Source of the DNA: Candidatus Latescibacterota bacterium
GTDB lineage: Bacteria; Latescibacterota; UBA2968; UBA8231
Length of the DNA: 64,000 nt
Assembly: GCA_965261395.1 (NCBI GenBank)
Contig: OZ253462.1
Span: 1,376,001-1,440,000, forward strand
Direction: 5' to 3'
The notes under the pieces are model-generated. The model worked only from the letters and a program-made list of their open reading frames with translations, was not told the origin of the DNA and searched no databases. This document shows, one piece after another, positions 52,154 through 60,818 of the stretch (positions are counted from its first letter, which is position 1; each line of letters begins with the position of its first letter). A program made the position numbers and the translations under genes.

Positions 52154-53427
52154 ATCACAAAATCGACGACATCGCCCTGCACGGCGCGTTGAGCGCGAAT
52201 GTGGTCGGCTTCTGCCGCCTATTGCGTGCCCAGCAGTCCGGCCCGGCCTTAGGCGAGGAGCAAGACGCGCTCCGCGCCCTAGCGGCCATTGACCTGTCAG
52301 ATCCGGAGGACTTTCGGCTAAGCCTGCGGACGATTTTGGCCAAGACGCCCGCTGAGCAGAAGCTCTTTGATGCGCTTTTCGATGTCTATTGGTCGATATG
52401 GGATCGCGCTGACGAGTTGGGGCAGCCCCAGCCCGAGCCCCCTGCCTCCGAAAAGGCCAATGCCAACCGCCCCGGCAAGAGTGGCTTGACGAGCGTCCGC
52501 GACTGGCTCAAACAGGGCGAGCCGACCGAAGAGGAGCGCGAGGCCGCTGGGTACAGCCCCATTGAGGTACATACAAAGCGCGACTTTAAGAATTTTAACG
52601 CCGAAGAGCTGGAGGAGATCGGGCGGTTGCTGCAAGCCATCGCCCGCGCGCTCGCCACGCGCTTCAGCCGCCGCTATCGGCCCGCTCGCACGCCGGGCCG
52701 CCTCGACTTGCGGCGCACCCTCCGCGCCAGCCTGCGCCGCGGCGGCGAACTGCTGGACCTGTCCTATTGCCGCCGCACTCGCCAGAAGCCCAAGCTGGTC
52801 TTGCTGTGCGATGTCAGTAAGTCCATGGACCTATACAGCCGCTTCTTGATCCAGTTCATGTACGCCTTCCAAAACGCCTATCGCCGCATCGAGACGTTTG
52901 TGTTTGCGACCTCGCTACACCACGTCGCGCCCCTGCTGAGGGGCAACGACCTGAGCGCGGGGTTGGACGCGATTGCCGCGCAGGTGCCGGACTGGTCGGG
53001 CGGCACGCGCATCGGCACCTCGCTGGCGACCTTCCTCAGCGAACACGCCGATCTCGTCGATCGCCAGACTGCGCTGCTGATCGTCAGCGATGGCTGGGAC
53101 ACTGGCGACATTGAGCTCCTCGAAGAAAGCATGCGCACGTTGCAGCGCCGCAGCCGCTGCCTAATCTGGCTCAACCCCCTGCTAGGCAGCCCGGACTATC
53201 GGCCCGCCACGCGTGGGATGCAGGCCGCCTTGCCGTACATTGACCTCTTTGCTCCGGCCCACAATATCGAGAGCCTCAAGGCCCTAGTCGGATACCTGAT
53301 GAGGCTGCGCGGTGTGACGGCCGCGCGCTACCTGCTCCGACGCCCTGAGCAGCCCGCGCCGACGAAAGCCCAGCCCGCTGCGCCGACGAGGGCCGATTGG
53401 TACCGGCGCTTTGGAGTCCAGCCGTGA
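52150..53427 (+). CDS. coxE: VWA domain protein (CoxE-like)
   Basis: LCDVSKSM, WSGGTRIG, VSDGWD, WLNPLL; ATGA overlap with coxD. Confidence 0.9.
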   Translation: MNHKIDDIALHGALSANVVGFCRLLRAQQSGPALGEEQDALRALAAIDLSDPEDFRLSLRTILAKTPAEQKLFDALFDVYWSIWDRADELGQPQPEPPASEKANANRPGKSGLTSVRDWLKQGEPTEEEREAAGYSPIEVHTKRDFKNFNAEELEEIGRLLQAIARALATRFSRRYRPARTPGRLDLRRTLRASLRRGGELLDLSYCRRTRQKPKLVLLCDVSKSMDLYSRFLIQFMYAFQNAYRRIETFVFATSLHHVAPLLRGNDLSAGLDAIAAQVPDWSGGTRIGTSLATFLSEHADLVDRQTALLIVSDGWDTGDIELLEESMRTLQRRSRCLIWLNPLLGSPDYRPATRGMQAALPYIDLFAPAHNIESLKALVGYLMRLRGVTAARYLLRRPEQPAPTKAQPAAPTRADWYRRFGVQP

Positions 53428-54590
53428 AAGACTTGCAGACGATCCTCCGCCGCGCCGAGGAGCTTGACGAGGCGGGTGAGTCCTATGTCCTAGCCACTGT
53501 GGTGCAGACCTCCGGCTCAGTCTATCGCGGACCGGGCACCCGCATGTTGATCGAAGCCGACCTTCAGAGCTTGGGCACCATCAGCGGCGGCTGTCTCGAA
53601 GGCGATGTGCGCGAAAACGCGCAAGCCGTCTTCGCCGATGGCCTGCCCCGTCTTCTCCATTACGACGCCACCTCTGAAGACGACATCCTCTGGGGCACTG
53701 GCTTAGGCTGTAGCGGCACGGTGGACGTGCTCTTAGAGCGCCTGCCCCAAGATGCTCCCTTCCACTATCCAACCTTCTTGCACGGCTGCGCCTTGGAAAA
53801 TCGGCGCGGCGTCCTCGTCACGGTCTTTGCCACCGAGGGCGAAACCAATGCCGCACCGGGCCAACATCTGATCCTCGACGAGCGGGAAAACGCCCGCGAC
53901 GACATCGCCGACTTGGAGCTGCGCGAGATTGTGCTCAACGCCGCCAGCGGAATCCTTGCTACCCTCGACGACACTCGGCTCCCCATCGCCCTGGGATACA
54001 CTCGCCACTACGAGTTGACGCACAGCAAGGCCGCCCTGCTCATAGAGCCTCTGCTGCCCCCCATCGCCCTTTACCTCTTCGGTGCTGGCTACGACGCCGT
54101 GCCCCTCGCCCAGCTAGCCGGCGAACTCGGCTGGCGCGTCTCCGTCGCCGACCATCGGCCCTCCTATGCTCGCGCCGAACGCTTCCCTTGGGCCAGGCAA
54201 GTCCTCCTCGCCCAGCCCGGTCATCTGCCCGAGGATCTTCAATTCGACAACCGCTCGTGCGCCGTCATCATGAGCCACAACTATCTACAGGATCAGGCTC
54301 TGTTGCGGGACTTGCTCGCCGCTCCCCTCGTCTATTTGGGCGTCCTCGGCCCGCACCAGCGCACCCAGCGCCTGCTCGCCGATTTGCAAAAAGAAGATAT
54401 CGCGCCAAGCGATGAGCAGATCGCACGTCTCTTCAGCCCGGTGGGCCTCGACATCGGTGCCGAAACGGCCGAGGAAATAGCCCTGTCCATTCTCGGCGAA
54501 ATCCAAGCCGCGCTCACCGGCCGCCAGGGCGGCTCGCTCCGCGACCACCCCGGGCCGATCCACGATCGGCCTACCACACCCAGCGCCTGA
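53424..54590 (+). CDS. XdhC/CoxI/CoxF family Moco insertion chaperone
   Basis: GSVYR, ISGGCLE, GLGCSG, MSHN, PVGLDIGAETAEEIALSI; GTGA overlap. Confidence 0.9.
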   Translation: MKDLQTILRRAEELDEAGESYVLATVVQTSGSVYRGPGTRMLIEADLQSLGTISGGCLEGDVRENAQAVFADGLPRLLHYDATSEDDILWGTGLGCSGTVDVLLERLPQDAPFHYPTFLHGCALENRRGVLVTVFATEGETNAAPGQHLILDERENARDDIADLELREIVLNAASGILATLDDTRLPIALGYTRHYELTHSKAALLIEPLLPPIALYLFGAGYDAVPLAQLAGELGWRVSVADHRPSYARAERFPWARQVLLAQPGHLPEDLQFDNRSCAVIMSHNYLQDQALLRDLLAAPLVYLGVLGPHQRTQRLLADLQKEDIAPSDEQIARLFSPVGLDIGAETAEEIALSILGEIQAALTGRQGGSLRDHPGPIHDRPTTPSA

Positions 54591-54963
54591 GTCCGTTGAC
54601 TTGGTCGAAATGCGCGTCGAAAGAGACGATGACCGAGCCGGTTTCCATGGCCTGTGCCGCCAGCCATATATCGTTTAGCGGTATCGGCGTTCCGGCTTTT
54701 TGTAGTTCGTTTTTGATTTGGCCGAAGACTTCCCCGGTTTCAGCGGTGACGTCGAGGACGCGCACATTGGATTTTTGCAAAAAACGCGCTAGCAGAGCCT
54801 TGTTTTCCTTGAGCCGATTGCCGCCGCAAAAGCCAGCGTATAATTCCCCGATGACAATGGCAGAAAAGAACGCGGTTTCCGCCTCGGCCAGCGCATTCAG
54901 CAGGTGCTCATTTCCAGTTAGAAATGCGGTATAGGCATTGGTGTCGAGGAGTATGCGGTTCAT
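54571..54963 (-). CDS. vapC: VapC PIN-domain toxin
   Basis: LLDTNAY, GEL, PIPLNDIWLAA, SFDAHF. Confidence 0.9.
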   Translation of the reverse strand: MNRILLDTNAYTAFLTGNEHLLNALAEAETAFFSAIVIGELYAGFCGGNRLKENKALLARFLQKSNVRVLDVTAETGEVFGQIKNELQKAGTPIPLNDIWLAAQAMETGSVIVSFDAHFDQVNGLRRWVW

Positions 54964-55205
54964 TTCCAGTCGCTGGGGTCAATTTGGCGCAGGTCTTTTG
55001 TAGCCTGTTCAAACTCGGCCAGATCCGCTGCCGACCAACAGCCAAAGAGATCGGCAAATTCTTCTCGCCGCGAATGCCGTCCTCCCAGTGCCTGTTCAAG
55101 CAACCCTTTAATGGTCTTATTCAAACTCTTGCCTTCGATTGCGGCCTTCTCCCTGATTTGCCGGTCCATTTCATCGTCCATTCCGTGAATGGTAATTGAT
55201 TTCAT
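54960..55205 (-). CDS. FitA/VapB-like ribbon-helix-helix antitoxin
   Basis: SITIHGMDDE...A...GKSLN; ATGA-coupled to vapC. Confidence 0.8.
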   Translation of the reverse strand: MKSITIHGMDDEMDRQIREKAAIEGKSLNKTIKGLLEQALGGRHSRREEFADLFGCWSAADLAEFEQATKDLRQIDPSDWK

Positions 55206-55228
55206 GCCACAAACTCCGAACTATAAAG

Positions 55229-55260
55229 TGAACTATATTGAACCAAAAAATAGTTCAATA
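55229..55260. promoter_or_regulatory. inverted repeat, probable VapBC operator
   Basis: TATTGAAC (55236) / GTTCAATA (55253) perfect IR just upstream of the antitoxin. Confidence 0.5.
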
Positions 55261-55325
55261 TGCGTGTTGCGGCAAACGCATTTGCCTTGCAGAATATCCT
55301 GAACCAACAACGTAAGAGGAACGCA

Positions 55326-57632
55326 ATGCCTATCAGCGCCAAAGACCTCCAAGCCGCCCTCCCCGACCTCGAAAGCACCCAGTGTTGTGAGGGCCTTGAA
55401 AAAACCGTCACCATTCACCGCGACCCTTGGGGAATCCCCCATATCCAAGCCGAATCGGAAGCCGACCTGTTTTTCGCCCAGGGCTTTGCCACGGCCCAAG
55501 ACCGCCTGTGGCATATGGACTTCGACCGCCATCAGGCGCTAGGCCGCTGGTCCGAATGGGCTGGCTCCGCAGGACTGGCCCGCGACCACCTCCTGCGCGC
55601 CGCTGGCATGGGCCGCACCGCCAAGTTGGACTACGAAGCGTCCAGCCCCCAAGCCCGCGCCATGCTCGACGCGTACGCCGCTGGGGTCAACGCCTTTTTG
55701 GCGACGACCACAGCCCTACCCGTCGAATACCAACTCCTCGACCAGCGCCCCGAGCCGTGGGCAAGCTGGCACTGCCTCGCCGTGTACAAGATGCGCAACA
55801 GCCTGCTCGGCACCTTTGAATCCAAGCTCTGGCGCACTCGTCTCGCCCAAATCGTCGGCCCTGAAAACCTCGCTCAACTAATCAAAGGCTATCCCGAAGG
55901 CCACCTGCTCACCGTGCCCCCCGGCACCGAATATCAGGGAGAACCTCTCAACGCCCTCGCTGCCCTTAGTCGCCGCGAAACCGACCCCGGTTCCAATGCT
56001 TGGTCCATCGCGGGTGCGTACACGGATTCGGGCTTGCCGCTGGTGGCCGGAGACTCGCACCGCGCCCTCGACACCCCTTCCGTCTATTATCAAGTCCACC
56101 TCGCCTGTCCCGACTTCGCCGTCAGCGGCTACTCGGTGCCCGGCGTCCCCGGCACCCTGCACTTTTGCCACAACGAGTACGTGGCTTGGGGCATGACCTA
56201 CGGCAGTGCCGACACTCAGGATCTGTTCGTCGAGCGCTTCCGCGCAACGGCCGACGGCTTGGAGTACGAATTCAGCGGCGCGTGGCGTCCAGCGGAAATC
56301 CTGCGGGAAGAAATCCACGTCCGCGGTGCGGCAGCCGTTACCTCTGAAGTCGTCATTACTCACCACGGTCCCATCATCGTCGGCGATCCGCGCAAGGGCC
56401 AAGCCATCGCCATCAGCGACCCCGGCCTCATCGAAGGTACTCCTTGGGCCGACGCGGCCCGCGATGCCATGCGCGCTCGGTCGGTCGAGGACTTGCACCA
56501 AGCCTTTGCTCGCTGGAACGACCGCGTCAACAACTACGCCGTCGCCGACATCCACGGCTGCTTCGGCTATGTACACGCAGGCCGGATCCCCGTGCGCGAG
56601 GCCGCAAACGGCTGGCGCGCCGTTCCCGGCTGGAGCGGCGAGCACGAGTGGCAGGGCTACATCCCCCACGCCGAGTTGCCCAAAGCCATAGACCCCGCAG
56701 CAGGCTATGCCATCACCTGCAACCAGCGCGTAACCGGCTCGGATTATCCCTACTACGTCGGGCTTGTCTTTAGCCCCGACTACCGCGCCCGCCGCATCCA
56801 GACTCGCATCCTAGAGCTAGCAAAAGGCACGGCCACTCCCGAAGATATGGGCCGCATCCACGCCGAACGCGTCTCGCTGCCGGCCCAAGTCTTTACGCGG
56901 GCCTTGCTCGCCATTGAGCCGCCCGACGCCGGCTGCGCCCAAGCCCTCGACCTGCTGCGCCAGTGGGACTGTCGGATGGACCGCGATCAAGCCCAGCCGG
57001 CGATCTATGCCCAAACCCGCGCCCTACTTGGCTACCACATCGCGCAAACCCTGTTCGGCGGCGACGCCTTGACCTTGCTCGCAGAGGACGGCGGCGATGC
57101 CCACTGGCGTCTTATCAACCTCGAAGCAACCCTCGCTATTGAGCGCGGCGATACGGCGCTGCTGCCGCCCGGCCAAACTTGGTCCCAAGCTCTGACCGAG
57201 GCCCTGACCGGCGCGCTCGCCGCTCTCAAAGAGGCCCTCGGCGACGACATGCGCCAATGGCGTTGGGGCCGCTTGCACTGCACCCAGCCACAGCACCCGC
57301 TCTCTGCAGTTTTCCCCGAGGCTGCTTCCTCCCTCGACCCCCCTTCGCTGCCCGTCCACGGCGATGGCGATACGCCCCTAGCTGGCAGCTATGCCTTCGA
57401 CGACTTTGCGGTTACGGGTCTTTCGGTCAACCGCTATATCTTCGATCCCTCCGACTGGACCCGCTCGCGTTGGATCGCGCCGCTGGGGGCCTCTGGTCAC
57501 CCGGCCAGCCCGCACTACGCCGACCAAGCCCAGCTTTGGGCCGATGTGGAATTCATACCTCAGTTGTGGGATTGGCAGGAGATACGCGACCGGGCGGAGA
57601 TGACGCAGCTTCTGGTGCCGCCGGAGAAGTAG
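55326..57632 (+). CDS. penicillin acylase family (S45 Ntn hydrolase)
   Basis: RDPWGIPHI, QGFATAQDRLW, GSNAW, AWGMT, HGP, CNQR, GASGHP.SPHY.DQ. Confidence 0.92.
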   Translation: MPISAKDLQAALPDLESTQCCEGLEKTVTIHRDPWGIPHIQAESEADLFFAQGFATAQDRLWHMDFDRHQALGRWSEWAGSAGLARDHLLRAAGMGRTAKLDYEASSPQARAMLDAYAAGVNAFLATTTALPVEYQLLDQRPEPWASWHCLAVYKMRNSLLGTFESKLWRTRLAQIVGPENLAQLIKGYPEGHLLTVPPGTEYQGEPLNALAALSRRETDPGSNAWSIAGAYTDSGLPLVAGDSHRALDTPSVYYQVHLACPDFAVSGYSVPGVPGTLHFCHNEYVAWGMTYGSADTQDLFVERFRATADGLEYEFSGAWRPAEILREEIHVRGAAAVTSEVVITHHGPIIVGDPRKGQAIAISDPGLIEGTPWADAARDAMRARSVEDLHQAFARWNDRVNNYAVADIHGCFGYVHAGRIPVREAANGWRAVPGWSGEHEWQGYIPHAELPKAIDPAAGYAITCNQRVTGSDYPYYVGLVFSPDYRARRIQTRILELAKGTATPEDMGRIHAERVSLPAQVFTRALLAIEPPDAGCAQALDLLRQWDCRMDRDQAQPAIYAQTRALLGYHIAQTLFGGDALTLLAEDGGDAHWRLINLEATLAIERGDTALLPPGQTWSQALTEALTGALAALKEALGDDMRQWRWGRLHCTQPQHPLSAVFPEAASSLDPPSLPVHGDGDTPLAGSYAFDDFAVTGLSVNRYIFDPSDWTRSRWIAPLGASGHPASPHYADQAQLWADVEFIPQLWDWQEIRDRAEMTQLLVPPEK

Positions 57633-57675
57633 CCCCTAGTACTGCCGGATGTGGATGGCGATAAATGACTTTTCA

Positions 57676-57710
57676 TTGCAATAAATTGCCATTAAAGGTA
57701 ATTTATTGTT
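57676..57710 (+). promoter_or_regulatory. AbiE promoter/operator
   Basis: IR CAATAAATTGCC / GGTAATTTATTG overlapping TTGCAA-17bp-TAATTT, directly before the ATG. Confidence 0.6.
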
Positions 57711-58349
57711 ATGAAATTCGATCAATTGCTCGCCATCGTGGCCGATGAGCCAGTGTTTGAAACCGGCCTGCTCTTGGCCGGACCCGTAAACCCAAGCGAT
57801 ATGCGGCGACAGCTCGTGCGCTGGACCCAAGCCGGACGATTGCACCAGCTACGGCGCGGGCTCTACGCGCTGGCACCGCCCTACCGCCAAACTGTGCCCC
57901 ATCCCTTCCTCGTCGCCAATCGACTGGTGCGCGGCTCTTATGTCAGCGGTCTGTCGGCGTTGGCCCACGCTGGTGTGATTCCCGAGTACGTGCCGGAGGT
58001 GACCAGTGTGACCGGTGGGCGTCCCCAGCTCCACCAGACGCCGCTAGGCCGCTTTTCCTTTCGCCATCTCAAGACCGATTTGCTCTACGGCTATCAACAC
58101 GTGGAGTTGGTACATGGCCAGTCGGCTTTTGTCGCCGCGCCGGAAAAGGCACTGCTCGATCTGATCTATCTACAGCCGAATGGCGACACACCTGCCTATA
58201 TCAACGAACTGCGCCTCGACTGGGGGAGCCTCGACCTAGCGGAACTGGATAGATTGGTTGCCATCGCCGCCCGTCCCAAATTGCTGAGAGCCGTGCGGTG
58301 CATTCGCGCACTAGCCCAAGACGCGGTGTTGGGCTACGAGGATCTATGA
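57711..58349 (+). CDS. type IV TA antitoxin AbiEi-like
   Basis: LRRGLY, SYVSGLSAL...GVIPE, PEKALLD. Confidence 0.85.
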   Translation: MKFDQLLAIVADEPVFETGLLLAGPVNPSDMRRQLVRWTQAGRLHQLRRGLYALAPPYRQTVPHPFLVANRLVRGSYVSGLSALAHAGVIPEYVPEVTSVTGGRPQLHQTPLGRFSFRHLKTDLLYGYQHVELVHGQSAFVAAPEKALLDLIYLQPNGDTPAYINELRLDWGSLDLAELDRLVAIAARPKLLRAVRCIRALAQDAVLGYEDL

Positions 58350-59149
58350 AAGATCACCTGTTCCAGCTCGTGCAGGCGGCCGGTCCCTTGCAGGGGCGCA
58401 ATATCCTGCGCGAATACTTGCAGGCCCGGATCTTGGATGCTTTACAGCGTGCGGGGGCGATGATGCCGCTGGCGTTTCAAGGGGGCACTAGCCTGCGCTT
58501 CCTCTTTGCGCTACCGCGCTACTCCGAAGACCTCGACTTTACCCTCGAAGGCGATCCGGCTTCCTACGATTTGCGCGCTTATTTAGCAGCCATTCGCGCG
58601 GAATTTACTCGCGAAGGGTACGAAGTCGGTCTCGGCCTAAACGACCGGCGGACCGTCCACCGCGCGATTGTGCGCTTCAGAGGCCTGCTGTACGAGGCCG
58701 GTCTCTCTCCGCATCAGAACGAAGCTCTGACTGTGCAAATCGATATCGATACGAACCCGCCAGCCGGTGCCGTGCTGGAGACCCGGTTGGTGCGCCGGCA
58801 CGTGACCCTGCGGCTCCAGCATCACGACCGGGCTTCCCTACTCGCCGGCAAACTACATGCGATTCTACAGCGCCCTTACACCAAAGGGCGGGATCTGTAC
58901 GACTTGATATGGTACTTGAGTGACCGGACCTGGCCTGCACCCAATCTATCCCTACTCAACGCGGCGTTGCAGCAGACTCAGTGGCCCGGCGAGGCACTGA
59001 CGACACGGACTTGGCGGGAAGTGGTCGGCGGCCGGCTACGCGCTCTGGCGTGGGATCAGGTGGCGGCCGATGTGCGTCCTTTTTTGGAACGGGAGGAAGA
59101 CGCGGCGCTGTTGAACATGGAAACCGCGCTACAGCTACTGGTTGGCTGA
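58346..59149 (+). CDS. type IV TA toxin AbiEii/AbiGii nucleotidyltransferase
   Basis: FQGGTSLR, RYSEDLDF, KLHA, KGRDLYD; ATGA overlap. Confidence 0.9.
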   Translation: MKDHLFQLVQAAGPLQGRNILREYLQARILDALQRAGAMMPLAFQGGTSLRFLFALPRYSEDLDFTLEGDPASYDLRAYLAAIRAEFTREGYEVGLGLNDRRTVHRAIVRFRGLLYEAGLSPHQNEALTVQIDIDTNPPAGAVLETRLVRRHVTLRLQHHDRASLLAGKLHAILQRPYTKGRDLYDLIWYLSDRTWPAPNLSLLNAALQQTQWPGEALTTRTWREVVGGRLRALAWDQVAADVRPFLEREEDAALLNMETALQLLVG

Positions 59150-59170
59150 TCGCTCGACCCGTACGCCAAT

Positions 59171-59767
59171 TTACAATGCGGTCCGCGCCGCTCGATAGCT
59201 TTCCTGCGTATCCACATCCACGAAGATGCCCTCGTCCTCGACGGGTACTTCGACGACGTTGGCTGCGTTGCTTGCCAAGACTGGCCGCGCCCCCCGATCG
59301 CCAGTCAACGCGAGCAAGGCATTGCGATGGGCGCTGCCGATGGCTACCGGATGGCCGCGTCGTCCGTCGCGCACCGGCACGGCGATCGCCTCTCTACTTT
59401 TCAACGCCTTGGCGACCTGTAGCATCGTCTTACCGGCTACCTGCGGCATATCTCCTAGGGCAAAGAGATACCCTTGCTCGCCGGCTGCCGCTTCCACCCC
59501 CACTCTGATAGAGGCGGCCATCCCCTCGGCAAAATCGGGATTGTGTACCAGCCGCACGGGATAGCGGCTCAACGCTTTCTCTACCTCTACCCGCTGATGC
59601 CCTGTCACCACGACCACCTCGCCCAAACCCGCCGCGCAGATCCGCTCCACCACGACTTGGAGGACGCTTTGCTCCTGCCAAGGGAGTAGCAGCTTATTGG
59701 CACCCTCCATCCTAGAGGAACTCCCCGCCGCCAGTATGATCCCGCTAAGGTCTGCGAATCTGGTCAT
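59171..59767 (-). CDS. mocA: molybdenum cofactor cytidylyltransferase (MocA-like)
   Basis: LAAGSSSRM..NKLL, NPD..EGM..S, LGDMP, GHPV, GDRGAR, DVDT. Confidence 0.85.
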   Translation of the reverse strand: MTRFADLSGIILAAGSSSRMEGANKLLLPWQEQSVLQVVVERICAAGLGEVVVVTGHQRVEVEKALSRYPVRLVHNPDFAEGMAASIRVGVEAAAGEQGYLFALGDMPQVAGKTMLQVAKALKSREAIAVPVRDGRRGHPVAIGSAHRNALLALTGDRGARPVLASNAANVVEVPVEDEGIFVDVDTQESYRAARTAL

Positions 59768-59810
59768 CTCAATCCGTCGCTTCGCCGCGTTAGTTCCGTC
59801 GGCTGTTTAA

Positions 59811-59840
59811 TTGACAAGGAAGGGCAAAGTTTTTTAATAT
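59811..59840 (+). promoter_or_regulatory. putative sigma70 promoter of coxGSLM
   Basis: TTGACA at 59811, TAATAT 18 bp later. Confidence 0.45.
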
Positions 59841-59884
59841 CCACCGCGTCATCCGCTTCTGGCCTTTAACCATAGCATCGGCTC

Positions 59885-60322
59885 ATGCAGCTTGCAGGCT
59901 CTCATACTTTTCGCGCCCCAAGGCAAATCCTGTGGGACTTGCTCAACGACCCCGAGGTGTTGGCGCGCATCACGCCAGGCGTCGATACCTTGGAGCAGAC
60001 CGGCCCCGGCCAGTACCAAGCCGTACTGCACATCAAAATGGGGCCGATTAACAGCACGTTCAACGGCGTGCTGCAAGTAGTAGATAGCAAGGAGCCGGAA
60101 AGCTATCGCCTGCTCATCAATGTCGATGGCAAGATTGGCCAGATTGCGGCCGAGGGCCACGTCCAGCTCGCCGACCAAGATCACGAGACGACCACGGTGG
60201 CAATCGAGGGCGGCTCGCAGTTGACGGGTCGGTTGGCGAGCATGGGCCAGCGCCTGCTCTCGGGCGTGGCGCGGATGTTTACCAACCAGTTTTTTAAGGC
60301 GCTGGAACGCGAATTACCTTAA
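59885..60322 (+). CDS. coxG: CoxG (SRPBCC) protein
   Basis: WDLLNDPEVLARITPG, GRLASMGQRL, FF. Confidence 0.85.
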   Translation: MQLAGSHTFRAPRQILWDLLNDPEVLARITPGVDTLEQTGPGQYQAVLHIKMGPINSTFNGVLQVVDSKEPESYRLLINVDGKIGQIAAEGHVQLADQDHETTTVAIEGGSQLTGRLASMGQRLLSGVARMFTNQFFKALERELP

Positions 60323-60344
60323 TTCGATTCAATAGGAGGTGGCT

Positions 60345-60809
60345 ATGTCAGTAGCGATCAAGGTCACTGTCAACGGCCAGACCCACGAGCACGAGGTGGA
60401 GCCGCGTCAGATGCTCGTCAGCTATTTGCGCGAGGAGCTACGCCTGACGGGCACCCACGTCGGCTGCGACACCAGCAACTGCGGTGCCTGCACCGCTATC
60501 GTCGATGGCCAAGCCGTCAAGGTCTGCACCATGCTCGCGGCGCAAGCCGACGGCGCGGAGATAACGACCATCGAAGGGCTTGCGGACAACGGGACGCTGC
60601 ATCCGTTACAGGCAGCTTTCCGCGAGACCCACGGCTTGCAGTGCGGCTTTTGCACGCCCGGCATGATCCTGGCCGCTTGGCAGTTGCTAGAGCGCAACGC
60701 AATGCCCAGCGACGCGGAGATCCGCCACGCACTCGAAGGCAACTTTTGCCGCTGCACGGGCTACGACAACATCATCAAGGCGGTCAAACTCGCCGCCGAG
60801 AGCGCATAG
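60345..60809 (+). CDS. coxS: [2Fe-2S] small subunit (CoxS)
   Basis: GCDTSNCGAC, QCGFCTPG, GNFCRCTGY; RBS AGGAGG. Confidence 0.93.
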   Translation: MSVAIKVTVNGQTHEHEVEPRQMLVSYLREELRLTGTHVGCDTSNCGACTAIVDGQAVKVCTMLAAQADGAEITTIEGLADNGTLHPLQAAFRETHGLQCGFCTPGMILAAWQLLERNAMPSDAEIRHALEGNFCRCTGYDNIIKAVKLAAESA

Positions 60810-60818
60810 GAGGCCGTT

